From the NCBI GenBank assembly GCA_046563655.1, contig CM102290.1:124001-188000 (forward strand): a stretch of 64,000 nucleotides of DNA, written 5' to 3'. Positions 26,797-41,056 of the stretch are shown here, piece by piece. The translations under genes and the position numbers were made by a program. A model generated the notes under the pieces. It was not told the origin of the DNA. It saw nothing but the letters and a program-made list of their open reading frames with translations, and ran no database searches. Source of the stretch: Yuukianura sp. NJ FZ-2021. Taxonomy: Eukaryota. Numbering within the stretch: position 1 is the stretch's first letter; each line of letters opens with the position of its first letter.

Positions 26797-29247
26797 ATGG
26801 ACTCCAACTCCGACATTGTCCAGTTCTTTGCCAATCGCTCAGTATTCATCACGGGGGCCACTGGATTCGTGGGCAAGGCGACCGTGGAGAAGCTCCTCCG
26901 CACTTGTCCAGGAGTCAAGAGTGTCTATGTCCTCATTCGACCCAACCCCAAGCCTGGCTCAGACCCCGATGTGAGGTCAAGGCTCTCAGAACTAGTGGAC
27001 AACTCGGTGAGTCATTCCTACACAAAAACTATAAACATTGACACCCAAACCGGTTTTTTATTTGTTCCCACTCATTCCTTCGTCACACTTTTTAGTGGTC
27101 GTGTTCATTGGACCTTGGACAAGATGCATAACTTTAGTGGTTGTGCATAAGTGTTCTCTTATCTCACCACAAAAGGAACTGGACTCTTTGTCCATTAACA
27201 CTTCATACGTCAACAGACTCACTCATCAACTGTCAGTTTAGGATCTAATTTAACACATGTAATTCCAAATGAGATCAAAGATCAGGAGTTCTTAATTGAG
27301 TGGCAATGTGAAGTCACATAATTTTATGAAGGATTGTCTCAGTCTGTCGATTTTGAGTATAAAAAGTGTGACTGAACTTCTATTTTTACCCAAAGTCATA
27401 ACTCTTGTTAATACTGTCCACATGTTCTAATATGTTAATAATTTGTAGCTGTACGAAACTTTGCGACTGGAGAATCCTGATATTCTGAGCAAGATCATTC
27501 CTATTGCTGGTGATATCACACTGCCGGATCTTGGGATGAGCCAACAAGATCACAACCTCCTCTGTCAAGAAGTGTCCGTCGTCATTCACTCCGCAGCCAC
27601 CGTCAAGTTTGACGAAAAACTCAAGTTGTCAATAAACGTCAATGTCAACGGAACCAAGAGAATCATCGACCTGTGCAAGCGCCTCACACACCTTGTCGTA
27701 AGACACGAAAATAAAACTATTGGTCTCACTTTGAGTCTCTGACTTGTGTGACTTTTAGGCGTTGGTCCATGTGTCCACGGCCTATGCCAACTGTGAGCGT
27801 GACGAAATCGAAGAAGTGATTTATCCTCCGCCGGCGGATCCTCATAAGTTGGTCCAGAGTGTGGAGTGGATGAACGACGACATTGTGAACACAATTACGC
27901 CAGAGTAGGACTAATTAAGCTTAATTTCACAACTAACAAAACAGTTTTGGATTTTAAACTTTGATTTAAACTTTGTATTTGAGGTTGATTGGGAACAAGC
28001 CAAATACTTACACGTACACCAAAGCCTTGGCGGAGCATCTTCTGAGTGAAGAGAGTGGAGTTCTACCCATTTGTATTGTTCGGCCCTCCATTGGTAACAA
28101 TCATGTTTAATTGTTATGTCAATTCATTTTCAATTTCAATTCAATTGTTATGGAATTCATTTTTTGTGTACTTTTTTCCAGTGACGGCGACATGGAAGGA
28201 ACCAGTGGCTGGTTGGGTGGACAACATCAATGGACCCACTGGACTCATCGCTGCTACTGGCAAAGGGATCCTCAGAACCATCCTCTGCCACCGGACAAAA
28301 GTGGCTGATTTGATTCCACTCGATTTCCCTGTCAACCTCATTCTGGCCTCAGCCTGGCACACAGCCACAGCAAGGTAAAGTACACAACGCTTTAAACTTT
28401 TGAATGTAAAAATTGAACATTGTTTTGAATGTAAATTCATTGTTTTGAATGTTTTAGGCCGAATGGAATTCCGGTGTACAACTGCTGTTCGGGAGAGCAG
28501 AATCCGATGCTGTGGGGAGACTTGGAGCGGTGGGGCTACGCCCACTTAATCTCCAACCCCCTCAATGACGTCATGTGGTACCCCGGTGGGTCCTTCAAGT
28601 CCAACCGCATCTGGAACAACATCAACGACTTCTTTGTTCACTACCTCCCAGCATACCTCCTCGACTTGGCTGCAAGGGCTGCCGGCAGGAAACCAATGTG
28701 AGTTGGATTTAGAATTAGGATTTAAGAGTGGTGGCTTAATTTCTATTTTGTTGTTTAGAATGCTCAAGGTGTATCAAAAGTTAACCAAAGCCACCACTTC
28801 ACTCCAGTTCTTCACGACGCGTCAGTGGAAGTTCTCGACGTCCAACATGACGCTGCTCTACAACCAACTGTCGTCAGAGGATCAGAAGCTCTTTAATTTC
28901 AACATCAAGGAAGTCAACTGGCCCAACTACATTGGGAAATACTGTCTCGGCATGCGGAAGTATGTGCTGAAAGAGGACATCTCCACTCTCCCCGCAGCAC
29001 GCAAGAACATGAGAAAGTAAACACAAATCATGCCAACTTATTTCTAAATCAACTTTGATTTATTAGTTTTAACTTTGACTTTGTTTTCAGGATGTACTGG
29101 GTTCACAAGTTGACTCAATTTTTCCTGATCCTCCTCTTCTGGCGTGCCATCATGTTCCGTTCTGAGACTGCGCGTCAACTGTGGTACTTTATGTTTGGGA
29201 TGGTTCTGCGCATGTCCCGAATGCTCCCGATTGGGGAATCCATCTAA
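26797..29247 (+). CDS. Fatty acyl-CoA reductase (FAR1-like, Male-sterility/NAD_binding_4 family)
   Basis: [11 protein letters not shown]ossmann motif, [19 protein letters not shown], catalytic [21 protein letters not shown]-terminal Sterile domain and TM tail ending PIGESI*. Confidence 0.95.
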
Positions 29248-32167
29248 CCAACCACACTCCTCCAACTCTATTCTTATTTTGTACTCACCTTCACTTTGTT
29301 TAAGTCATACACTTCCACGACTGATTTGGACTGGAACGGTGCAATAATGCCAAGTCAACTCCTGAGTCACAATGTCCCTGGCGATTCTTATTTTTTGTGA
29401 TTTTTGTTACTTCCACTGTTCCCTTAGTTACCAACGTTTGTACAAAGGAGCAGTTGAGAGTCACAGTTCTTAATTCCTCCTTAATTAGCAGAGTATATTT
29501 ATCCCCCAACACAACTTCTTTTAACTTTTAACTCAAGGACGCCTTGGTTCAACCTAATCATTCACTATTAACTTGGACTTTTTAGTTTGAGACGAATAAC
29601 TTTGTTAGTTAGGCTAATTAGTCCGCCCTTCTCTTTTCCTCTTACTTTTAACTTGGAATGTAAAAGTAGTTAGTTTTTGTGCGTAGGAGGGGACAGACGT
29701 GTGTCATGTCCACCTTGGCTTCAAGTGTCAACTGCTCGTCTTAACTTTGACTTTGAACGTTTGAACTGTGAGATGAGAGCCTTTGAGTGCTGGATACTTG
29801 ACACACATTGTTACAGCTCCAATAAAGCCCCTCCACTCAAAGTCCTCTGAAACTGGACACACTTTCTCCCATTTCAATTTCCAGAGCAGAGGGAAAGTGG
29901 AACTTTATTGTTTCTTTTCCGCTTTTCATAAAATGTACTTTCATAAATATTGAGTTGGTGGTGACTCCCTCCAGGATGAGCCACCAGTTATGACTCCACA
30001 TCAAATATGGATCACATCTTGTCATCACTCAGGTCACCATCAAATTCCACATGAGGACACTTTGGAACAAGATGGTCCTTGTCTTTTATGTTTTCCGCTT
30101 GGTGTAAAATGTTTGATATTTTGGAGATTTTAGTTGTGCATGAGTCATGTGACCTTGTTTCCACATGGGGGACTCCATAAAATATTCACACAACTTTTTC
30201 CGCTAGTCTGTCCATTAATGTTCCTCCATTCTAATTATCCACGTCTTGATTTATGAACTATCGATTATCCAACTTCAATGGATGCGACAAAACAAAGTCA
30301 CTTACAAATCAATCCAATCCATAACCAACAACTTCTCCAAAGTTCAAACCACTTGGTGCTTTTCACAAACTTGGAAAATTAGGCCCTAACTTTCACAAAA
30401 GAAAGGTGAACAAACGCTCTTTCTGGAGAAATGAGTAGAGTTTTTCTTAAATTTAAAAAATGAAAAGTTTGTTTTGTTGAATTGATACTTTACTCCATTT
30501 GTAAATGAAATTATAATACTGAAGTGAAGTATGGGTAGAGTAGGAATTGAACCCAGAACTACTCTACTGTCGCCAGACACACTGTCCCCTTGTCTACTTT
30601 CTAAAAACTACATTTACACATGAGTTGAATTATGTACAGGTTGTAACATCAAAGGAATAACAAAAAATAAAGTTCCCACGACACAGTGGGGGTCAACTTA
30701 ATACTTGTTTGGTACTTTGACACTTCAGACCCACCTTGACCTCGAGCGGGGTCAACTTAACTACAAATCAGATACATCTTTGACAATATTTTGAAGGACA
30801 AGGAGAGATGCAGTAATTAGCACAAACATTCAGAGACAAAGTTAGGACTTTAGAAAGTGAAAGGACTACTTTTTGAAAAGTAGAAAAGAGAGAGGAAGCG
30901 TGCGGGGAGTAACTATTCAGCAACGGAGAATAAAGATGGAGATTGGAATTTTCAAAATGCTTAACATTTGTTGAGATCATCCAACTTAATTTATGAGGGT
31001 GAGATCTTTGATTGGTGAGACGACCAAAGTAATGGACATGCGAGCGTAAAGTGACCTGGACAGGTCAAAGGTCAGCAGTTTATGCAGGTACCCGTACATG
31101 TCCGGTGAGAAGCATTTGCGAAAGTTGAGATAGAAATGAGACTGCTTTCTTCTTCTCACTTTTGTTTCTTTCCAAAAATAAGAAATGAGAGAAACAGAAG
31201 TTGCGTGTCCATCATCTTCATCACCAGCTCACACGTCTTCCAATTCCACTTTGGCCCTAAACACAAAAAACGAATACAAGATCAACTTTACTAAAAAGTA
31301 ACAAAAAATTGGAAAGTGGGCGGATATTTCAAAAGAGGAAAAGTGGAGAGAAGTTGTTTTGTGAAAAAGTGAAAGTTTTCTTTCACCGTTTCACCCCCTC
31401 CCCCTCTGAAATGTCCAACAAAAGTCCTAGGCGGCAAAAATCAAGTTGACCTCGGGAGGTCACGTGGACTGGGTCAAAGGTCACGAGGTCACCAGTGGAA
31501 ATTTTTCATTGTGCAGTTTTTTACAAATGCAGAGAAAGTATGGAATTTCCCGGGAGATTTCCTGCCGAATGGATTTGGACATTGTGTTTTGTGTTGGTTT
31601 CCTAGATTTCTTGTTTACGCTTCTTCTATATGTTCTTTTTTAAGAACTTGAACACCTCTTTAGTTTGTTCTAAAAAGTGGGCGAAGTTGTTCAAAAAATG
31701 TAACAAAGGAAAAGGTGGATTGAGGTGAGTTTTTTGACTTTTGAGAAAAGTGGAAAGTTAATCTGCCACTTGACTAAACCGAGATTCCGTGAATAAAGTT
31801 TGGGTAAGTTTGTGTTTAAATTTGAATGTGTCAAGTGATGAGGCTCATGTTAATTTCCACCTCTGCTCCACATAAAACCTCAACCCAAAACTTTTCGTGC
31901 TCAGAATAATGTCAAATTAACCCACAAAACCTTCCGTTCCCTTAATTCCCACCTAAGGCTCAAGGTGGGGCTTTGGTGGGGCTGCGGGAGCCACCTTTCT
32001 TCAAATTTGATTCTGGAAAGCATGAAGTGAACTGGAAAGGACGCCTACTTCACTTAGAACACACCGGATTTGGATTAACTCTGCCCCAAATCTTCTGCTT
32101 CACTTCAACTACGGCATGATCACAACTGAAACTTCAAATTCCAAAGGAAACTCTATTCCGCTCTTTG

Positions 32168-32434
32168 CAAGGTTTGTTGACTTTGATTTTCTTTATCAGG
32201 TTGGGTAATACCTCACGTTTTTTTTATTTTTGCAAAAAAAAAAGTGTCTTTTTATTTCAGGGCATTGTAGTCATTACAATACAGCCAAATTTTTTAACTT
32301 TTTCATACGAATTGGCACCAATTTTTTGGATTGGTACTAAAATTGGTAGCAATTTTTTTTCGTGTTTCTGTCAACAATCTAGGTAGTGCCTAACCTGTTA
32401 AAGAAAATTAACTTTTCGTTGTCAAGAAACCTTG
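32168..32434. mobile_element. MITE (267 bp) with CAAGG termini and 8-bp TSD (P-element-like)
   Basis: TIR CAAGGTTT(G/C)TTGAC; perfect TSD GCTCTTTG (32160-32167, 32435-32442). Confidence 0.85.
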
Positions 32435-33043
32435 GCTCTTTGTGTCATGAACTTTGTGGATCACGCTGTACTTGACCACCACGTTTGAACTAAGACTTTG
32501 TGCGCCCAAGGCTTGAGAAAAGGCTGAAAGCGTTTGTTGCTAAACTGGATTTAAATTTGGAACAAAATTTGAAATGACTAGAAAGAGAAAGTGGAGAGAG
32601 AAAGATGTTTCTATTCGCTCATTCAAAATTTAAACTTTCCCGGCCTAAAAATTACGCTCTTCCTCTCAAAGTTGTTTGAGCTTGGATTGATTTGGATTTT
32701 CCTTTGATTTTTTAACGTTTTTATCCTCTCCATGCAAATCCTCCGCTTTCTCTCTTTTCAACACACAAGGAATCCTGATTGACTTGGATTTTTAGAACAA
32801 GTTTTAAAACTAGTTTGGTTTTGAACAAGATGTGACAATTCCAAGTGACCTTTGACCTTTTAAAAGTAGTGGCTGAGTAATTGGAATTGAATTTTAAATT
32901 TTGAGCTGGATTCTGAGAAGTGAAAAGTGGCACTCACCCCTTTGACTCTCACTTTCACTCCCGCGCTTCGTAGAAATGAACTTAATGAAATGAACAAGGA
33001 TCGTGGTGGGCTGAGGTTGGGTGGGGCCTAGAGTTGGTGGGTT

Positions 33044-34906
33044 TCAGTTGAGCCCCACCGGACTCTCGTCTATGAGTTCCTGCTGAACGTGGGGCGTGTC
33101 TGGTGGGTCCAACTGACGGTGGGACTGCTGTGGCTGCGGATGAATCCAAGTCCCACTTATCCAAATGCTTCTTTCGTCCTCTTCTCCGGGAGAGTAGCGA
33201 GTCGACTTTTTCTTTCTTCCGCTGAAAACAAAATTAAAATTTTGAAAAATTAAGGAAAAAATTGTTTCTAGGATTTTTTTTTAACTTGAGTTGAAGTTTT
33301 TCGTGGCTCTCAACTGGAGGTAAAATGTTTATGAAGTTTTCCAAATCTTTTGTTAAAGTGGCTTCGTTATAGCCATACAAACTCAAAGTTTTTAAAAAAT
33401 CAAACCATTTGAAAGAATACTTTTCAAAAAAAATTGGAGTTTTTTGTTATAAGAAGAGCAGGAAAAGTTGGAAGTTTTTTTAGGTGATTAATAAATGAGA
33501 AGAAGACGGAGAAAGTGTTTGCTCAAAGAACAATCGAGAGAAGAGAGAAAGTTGGGATTGATTCAAACTGTTGCTCGTGGTGGGTCCAAGGTGGGGCTGA
33601 ATTTTTAATGGTGGGGCTTACATCTTGTCAAAGTCAATGAGTCCATAGCCGGGTGGGGCCAGTTCCCTCCCACGGCCCCACTCTCGCATCCGATGCTGTC
33701 CGTACTTCTGGAGGGCCAACAGCGTTTCCAGCTCTGCTATCCGCTGATCAGACTGTCTCTTCTGTCGCTTCCTACAAAAAACGAACCAATCAGTGAACAG
33801 AACCATTAACTCCTTGGCGCCAAATTCAAACATTTCAAATTCTATAGACAACGACAACAAAGTACACACTTTCAATAAGAAATGAAGGCGCTACTTTTCA
33901 AAATAACAACTCAAGTACTTTTTCACTTTTGAGAGACTCCTTCAAAAAAGTTCAAAAGGAAACAAAACAAAAGGAAAATACAAAAATCGGCAGTCACAAT
34001 GAGCTTCTAATTTCTTAAAATTCAAATTTCCCGGGCAATTATTTTTTCCCGCCTACGTTCAAAATATTTTGCCGTGTTTTGACACGTGATTTTGGAAATT
34101 GGATTTCCCAAAACCAGCGTTTCAGAGTTTAGTTGAAAATATAACAAAACTGCGAAGATAAAGTTGTTTTAACAAGTTGGTTTAAATTTCCTTCAAAATT
34201 TGAGATCGGCTGGAAGGGATTGTGGCTGGAGCGGTTTTGGTTCAAAATGAAAAGCGTCTGAAAAGATGACTTTAGATGAAATTGGGTTTGGATAATAAGT
34301 GAAGAGGTGGAACTTTCACTCTCCAAAATTCATGACCACTTTTTAAAAAAAGAAACAAGAATTGAAGTTTTGAGAGATGAAAGTGAATTTTTGGAGGAAT
34401 GAGTTTGCATAATGTGGATGTTCACTTGTGCTCTCGTGGGAACTTGGTCCGTTGTGTTCAAAAAGACCCGCCAGATATGGAATTCCAAATGGAACTTTAA
34501 GCTAATTTACCTCACCAAAACCACATCTCCCTTTCACTCACTTTAACCAAAGTTACACTTACAATCACCTTAGCCCAATGAAAATCAAAGGTCAATTCAA
34601 AATCACAAAACACACATTTTTAATTTAAAAAAAAAGTTTCTAAAACAAAAAATTGTAAAATTGGACTTTCTCTTTGGTGTAAATCCTGATTTTGATTAGA
34701 ATCTTTTCACCACCAAAATCACGTCAAATCCCACCTCCCGACAAAAGTGGAATAAAAATCAAAACTTAAAGTTGTACTAAAACTGAAAACTTTTTGTAAA
34801 ATTTTGGGAATTGAAGTACTTACAGTTCCGTTGGTCGTGCGGAGACGCAAGAAAGTGCGATGAATAAAATGAGTCCGATGAAAAGTAGTTTGGTGATGCA
34901 GTTCAT
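33044..34906 (-). CDS. Neuropeptide precursor, insect parathyroid-hormone-like (iPTH/PXXXamide) family, 136 aa
   Basis: Exons 34906-34824, 33771-33622, 33221-33044 join in frame. They give a signal peptide MNCITKLLFIGLILFIALSCVSA, an RQKR cleavage site, the peptide QSDQRIAELETLLAL...GYGLIDFDKI, and a G-RKKK amidation/cleavage site. Confidence 0.88.
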
Positions 34907-35139
34907 GGTGAAGGAGGAGTGTGGTGGACGAGAGAGTGTCAATTTTCCAATCATTGAAAGTTGAACAGTTTGTGAGGTCAAGAGGAAGGTCACCCTAATC
35001 CTTGGAATTTGGCGGAAGTGGCTTCACTTTTGAATGGAGGAGACTCTTACTACAGAAACTATGACCACAGTGGACTTCCCGTGTGTGGTTGTCTGAGGAT
35101 TCAGAGGAAGAGTGGGGTCGTTGCTGGACGCAGAGCAGG

Positions 35140-35181
35140 CGGTGAATGTGCTCTCCAATGTCCCACCTTCCACTTTTATAC
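35140..35181 (-). promoter_or_regulatory. TATA box and initiator-like site for the neuropeptide gene
   Basis: Minus-strand TATAAAA at 35180-35174, CATTC about 25-30 nt downstream, and a GTAAG donor at 35050 consistent with a 5'UTR exon. Confidence 0.6.
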
Positions 35182-38100
35182 GCTCTCCACCACCCCTTCC
35201 AAGCCACGTAACTTCACTTTCGTTTTTACTCTAAAAACGTTTCTCCAAATTCAAACTTTGCACAATCATTGACAGTGTCACGCACTCGTGACCTCGGGTC
35301 ACCCACGCCTCCACACGCCCACATTCTTCTACAATTTAACATTCCGCTCCAATTTTAAACATTTTACTTTGAATTCCTCAAAATTAATCCAATTCCGCCC
35401 TGTCTTAAAATTTTTTTTAGCGTTTTGCAACTTTGCAAAGTTTCAAACCCTTGAAACCAAAGTTCAAATTTTTGCAGAGTTAAGAGGGTTGCGAATTTGC
35501 AGAGTTGCGGATTCGGGAATTGGGAGACGAATGATTTGCAGCGTGTTGAATTCTAGGCAGAGGTCAGACTCTGGGTTCCCAGAGTCCTTTTTGCGAGTGT
35601 GTGCAATTTCGAGGAAAAGAGTAAACGTAATGTTGAACCAATTCCACCAAGGTCACTTCCATAATTTCCTCATGATTCCTAAATGGAAAAACATGAGACT
35701 CTCATTGTTTTTGTATGAATTCATCTGGGTTCACATGATCTCTCAAAGATTCGTTTCTCAAATCAAAAAAAGCCCAGCGGCTTCTTCGTGTTGGGGTGAG
35801 TCAGGTTTTTTTCAGAATCACAATTCTCACAAATCTTGGAATCTTCGAGATGCCAAAAATTTGGCCCTATTTTCACTCCCCTCACTTTTGTGCGTCAAGC
35901 AAACCTTCATCCTCACAAAAATGTTCGTCTTTGTCCAAAATCACAAGAAAAAATGCATGACTTGGCTACTTCTTTTTTTTTTGTTCCGATTTCCCCAAAA
36001 TTTTAAGTTTTTGACTCATCTTCATCACCTGACAAAATTACTTCCTCCGCTGTCAGTTTAAGTACCCCCCCCCTTGTTCTGTGAATGGTTGATGGGGGGG
36101 GGTTGGAATGAATGAAGAGCGAGTCATGGTCCAAGACCGCAGACAGGGGGGGGTTGAGAAAGGGGGGGGGTCAATGGCCGGGGATTGCCTAGTTGCGGAG
36201 GGGGAGGACCCGTTTTTAATTGATTTCCTCACCGAAACGTTTTTCGTAATGGTTTTCAGTGGAAGTGGCCAGCGGATGAGGTCACTTGAGGGAAAAGGCA
36301 GACAGTCGCCAGTTGCATCAGCATTTGAAAAAGTGCACGATAGCTTAAAAGTTGTAACTTTGAAGATGAAGAGTGCGTGACGACTGATGAGTCAGAGATT
36401 TAGTGGACTTGACCTTGCCACTCCATTCCAAGGGTGTTAAACTGTGTTGAGAGCCTAATCCTCTGAATCTGTTGAATGTTTAGTTGAATCCCCTCTAATG
36501 TGGCCATTGACGCGTCCTTGGATGAAACCATGCCGTGGAGGTGGTTGACTTTAAAACGTTTCCTCAAATGAATGAACCTCATCCAAAGATCATCCACCTC
36601 CAATCACGAGATCACACAAAAAATTATGTCTCGCTCTTCTTAAGTTCCCATAATGCTCCGTCCAGGAAATCATCTCTACACTCACACAACTACATCTCTT
36701 CTTTTATTCTCAAAGGACTTGAGGCTACGAATTAACTACTTCAAATTAAATAAAGTTCACATTAACTTACGCACTTACCCACAAACTCACAAAAAAACAA
36801 CTAACGCAACACTTTTCTTCAAATTTCAAACCACACAGGAAAGTTTTTACAACAAAATAGAGAAGGAAAAAACACTTTTTGGGAAAATTTTGTTTTTCAT
36901 TTTCTGTTGAATTGTAATTAGTTTTTTAGAGTTATTTTGGAGTATAGACGGATGGGTTTGGTTCAAAGGTGAGATTTTTCGTCCAATTTCATTGTCACGT
37001 TTACTATATAGTTACTCCCTCCAATTACTTGCAAATGGAAAGGTGAAAACAAAATGTTCGTTAAAGATTGGAAGAAACGTTAATTTGTGTCTAAAACACT
37101 TTGAATTTGGAGAGAAAGGTTCCACGGAATTGAGTGTTTGAATGAGTGGATTTTGATGGATTTCCATTTGGATTTATTTTAAAAAGAGAAAGCGACTTTC
37201 TCCCAAAGAGCAAAATGAGGTTGGGAAAGTCTGAACCTGACTTTAAGCTCAGTCACATAATTGTGTCCTCTGTTGGAAATGTGCTTTTTAAACAAAAGTC
37301 CAACTTCTGTGAAAGTTAAGTGGTTGTTAGGCTGTTGGTAAGGCATTCCATGTTACAGTTTCCAAATGTAAAAACAGGGTTGTTTCCTTGGTCTGCACTC
37401 ACGTTCTGCCTTCGTTAAGGAATGGAGGAAATTCCTCCTGCGGTGGGATTGAATTACGCCGGAATTTTGAGGAAGGAAGGCGTATGTTCCTGTTATGCCG
37501 GAGGGGCTGATTTGAGTGATGGAGGTCAAAGGTCACTGGAGTTACCATGGAAATGGTGCCTACCTGTGCCAAAGTAGAGCTGGAGGCTCTGCTTTTCCAA
37601 TAGTCAATTGATACCGGGATTGGAGGAAATGTAACCCCAGTTCCAAACGACACGCAAACTTTCACTTTTCAATTCAAAGGAAACTCGATCCTGCGAATTT
37701 CACTTTTTACAAAAATTACAAAAACACTAAAGTCTCCCTTGGATTCGGCCAAAACACAACAATACTCGTGTGGGAGTGTGGCCACAGATACACTCAAACT
37801 ACTTTTGAATTCGTAAAAAAGAATGAAAAGAGGAAATTTAAAAATTTAGAGATACAATTTTTTAAAAACGCAATAACTTAGGAGAAGACATGGAAGAGGA
37901 ATAGTTTATGAAGATGTACAGTGTGTTTCTAAAGTTGAATAGTGGAGAGGGTGGAGCTTTTGAGTGTTGTTCACTCTACTCAATTTAGTTTCGATAATCC
38001 ATAACTTTCACCAGAGTTACAAAAACTCTCGACAAAAATAAGAGGTCAAGAGCACTTTCATTTCATAAAATTGAAAGTGATACATGTTGTAACTTTGTAA

Positions 38101-39492
38101 GTTAGGGATGAATGTTTGAATACTTGTTGAACATGGTGTACATTTGTGCAAAGACTGTTGGACAACAGTGTACATGGAATGATGATAGGTGAAAGTGTTT
38201 CTTCTTTTCTTAAACAAATAGAGCATTCTTCATCTTCTTTAGATCAAGTCGGAGAAAGCAGAGCACCAACTTTTGAGTTTTGGGTGTTAAATTTGTAATG
38301 GGTTATGACATTAAGTGATTGACACGAGATTAAGTGTCCATCATCCACTCCACATCTCACTCACAACTTCATTTACAATTCCAATCTCCCAATTCCACTA
38401 ATTGACTTTTTGTAATTCAAAAACAATCCAAAACAAGGACAACTAATGGTGACCTTCCTCTCTCCATTTAAATTAACCTTTCACATTCCACTTTCATCAC
38501 AATTACAATTTCTCAATTACATTTCGTGGAAATTGTTCTGACAAAAAAAATTTGTGAGAGTAAATTGTATATGGAGAGAGAGATGAATGGGGGTGTTTTC
38601 TTTGTAACTGATTAATCTCCACTTCATTTAAATAAATTAAACTCACATTTAAATAAATTAAAGTCACATTTAAATTGGAAGTTCCAACTAAATTTAAATC
38701 AACACCCTCCAACCGTTTCATTTGTGTTGTGCGGGGGTCCACTTTTCAACAGAATTGAGAACTTAATTAAACGTGCCCAGAGACATAATGTTTTCATTCC
38801 TCTCGTCATTATACACTCCGATGGTCGCCACATGAATAAATCTCACTTTTACGATCTGCCTTTTTGCGTCGTTCAAATCATGAAGCTCTTTGGTTCGTTC
38901 AAATGAAGAACCTTTTTGGTTCGTACTAATCCTGAACCGACTGTATATTTGTGAATGGGTCAAAGGTTTGGAGTGAAAGTGGAATTTGGTTGTTGATGGA
39001 GAGAAAGGACCAATCTAATTCCAATTCCAAATCTCATTTCATCCTCTTCTGTCTCACTTAAATTGGATTCAAAATTATTATTAACTTTCCAAATAACTTT
39101 TCATTCAAAATTCCAATCTGGAAAATTAGGAAAATCAAAAATACATGAGAAAATGAGATGAAGATGAAGATGTGATGACAGTTCTTTTCCTGGAAGTGGG
39201 TGACGATTGAATTGAGTGAGAGGATTAGTGGGCAACTCCATAAAGAGAACAATAAAATTACAAAAGTCAGTTTCTAATTCCAGAGTATCAATTCAAGTTG
39301 TGAAAATGCACTCCAGGGAAATACGTTTCCACACCTTAACCCTGTCGTTAAAAATGTACTTTGGAAAATCATCTTAAATCGGACACAAAATGAAGTTGTG
39401 CTAACGCAGTGGAGAATAAAAGAGAGACTTCGTGTGGTATTAAATTGTCATAGAAGAACTTTATTTAGAAACCTTATGACGGGGTAGTAAAA

Positions 39493-40670
39493 TTAAACGC
39501 TTTCACGAATTGGTGGTTCGTAGCCTTGTGGTTTGTCCGTCTTCTCCCCCAAGTCATCAGTAGTTCCGCTTCCACCGTCTCCGTGCAGGTCCAGCAGTTT
39601 GGAGATGTCGAACCTCGGCTTCTTCAACACCTTCACCTGGAAACAAAGTCAACAAGTTAGATTTGAGCCAGAAACCAACTTTGTTGCTAAGCAACAGTTA
39701 TAAACTCCTTGGAGACTTACTTTGCGGATATAGACGTCGTGGAGAGGATAGATTCCGTGACAGGCCTTTTCGATATCCTTGGCGATTGAATCTGGGATAA
39801 GTTTGTTTACTACTTCCTTCATGTCGTTCGTCCCAACTTCCTTCGTGATCGTGTCCACCATCTTCTTCCTGATAGCCTTCACCTGTAACAACAAATCAAG
39901 TGTCAAATATCCAAATGTTAATTAGTTAATTATGATTAATTAGTGATTTAAAGTTGAGATAATGACTGTACCTGCGTATGTTGGGCGTAGCACGTCTTTT
40001 TCTTGGATGCTTGATCTTTGTGGGTGTAGCCAATACAGAAGACACGGAGCAAGTAGCCATCTGTTGTCTTGACATCAGTGTTGGCTTCGATGAGAGTCTG
40101 CCACTTCTTGACCATTGAGCGCAGTTTGTCAGTGGTCAAGTTCATTCCATGGAAGTTTGTCAGTACGTTGTGTCCCTGTACATCTTCTGAGATGAGCTTG
40201 AACTTCCTGAATGATCTCTCAGCATCGTTGTCCGACTGCAAGTCTGCCAAAGACACTTCGAACACTCGGCCCTTCAAACCCTCGGAAGCAATCTCTGTTC
40301 CACACAAAAAGAACATTAAAATCATTTCATGAAAATTCACTTCCAGTTTCTTACTTGTTCCTTGAGTTCTGTTGACCAAGGTTTTGCCTACTTGCCGAAC
40401 CTTGAAGATGGATGGTGCCTTGACATCATACCAGTCCTTCCGTGTGAAAGGATCAATACTGCAAATCACAACATAATAATCGATTACTCACAACTGCAAA
40501 CATCATGCCCAACATTTACCTTACGAAATCATAACGTATTACCCGAGTACCGGTTCATTTTCATACTTTTAACTTTGAACAAGTTGATAGAAAATAGTGA
40601 CTACTTACATCTTTTTCTTGGCTCCTTTCTTGCCTCCCTTGGACAAGCCCTTGTTCTTGCCAACAGCCAT
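39493..40670 (-). CDS. RpS3A: 40S ribosomal protein S3a (eS1)
   Basis: [57 protein letters not shown]-terminal [10 protein letters not shown]. Confidence 0.98.
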
Positions 40671-40699
40671 CGTTAATCAGTTGAGTAACTAATTGATCT

Positions 40700-40712
40700 G
40701 GAACGAAAGGAC
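40700..40712 (-). promoter_or_regulatory. TCT/5'TOP-type initiator of RpS3A
   Basis: Pyrimidine tract TCCTTTCGTTCC about 35 nt upstream of the ATG, as typical of ribosomal protein genes. Confidence 0.55.
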
Positions 40713-41056
40713 TAACAATTAAAAAGATTCTCCTGCTGATGACTGCACGCCGGAATCTCCTTTTGCACAAAGTGAACTGGATGTCGTGCTCCTGCCCTCC
40801 GCCGTCGTCGCTTCAATCTCTTCTTCAAAGCCCCCTTTTCTCAAAGGCCAATTTTAGAGTTATGCGCCCTCTTTCCTCAAAATGAAATAATAAACAAATG
40901 ACACTACTTTTCAATAACTCACCATTAAATTCCACAAGTTCAATTGAACAAACTATCTATGAATACTTACATGTAACGATGTAAAGTTTAACATAGTATA
41001 CAATATGTTATGCGAATTGGTTTTCATTTTTTTGTTGTATGCAAATTAGTGGTGCA

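Noticed and set aside
35288..36061. 257-aa ORF
   Set aside because: GTG start, low-information F/L/K composition, overlaps the neuropeptide upstream region; no domain.
40459..40608. Possible C/D snoRNA in the RpS3A intron (vertebrate RPS3A hosts U73)
   Set aside because: No properly placed RUGAUGA and CUGA pair or terminal stem on the sense strand.
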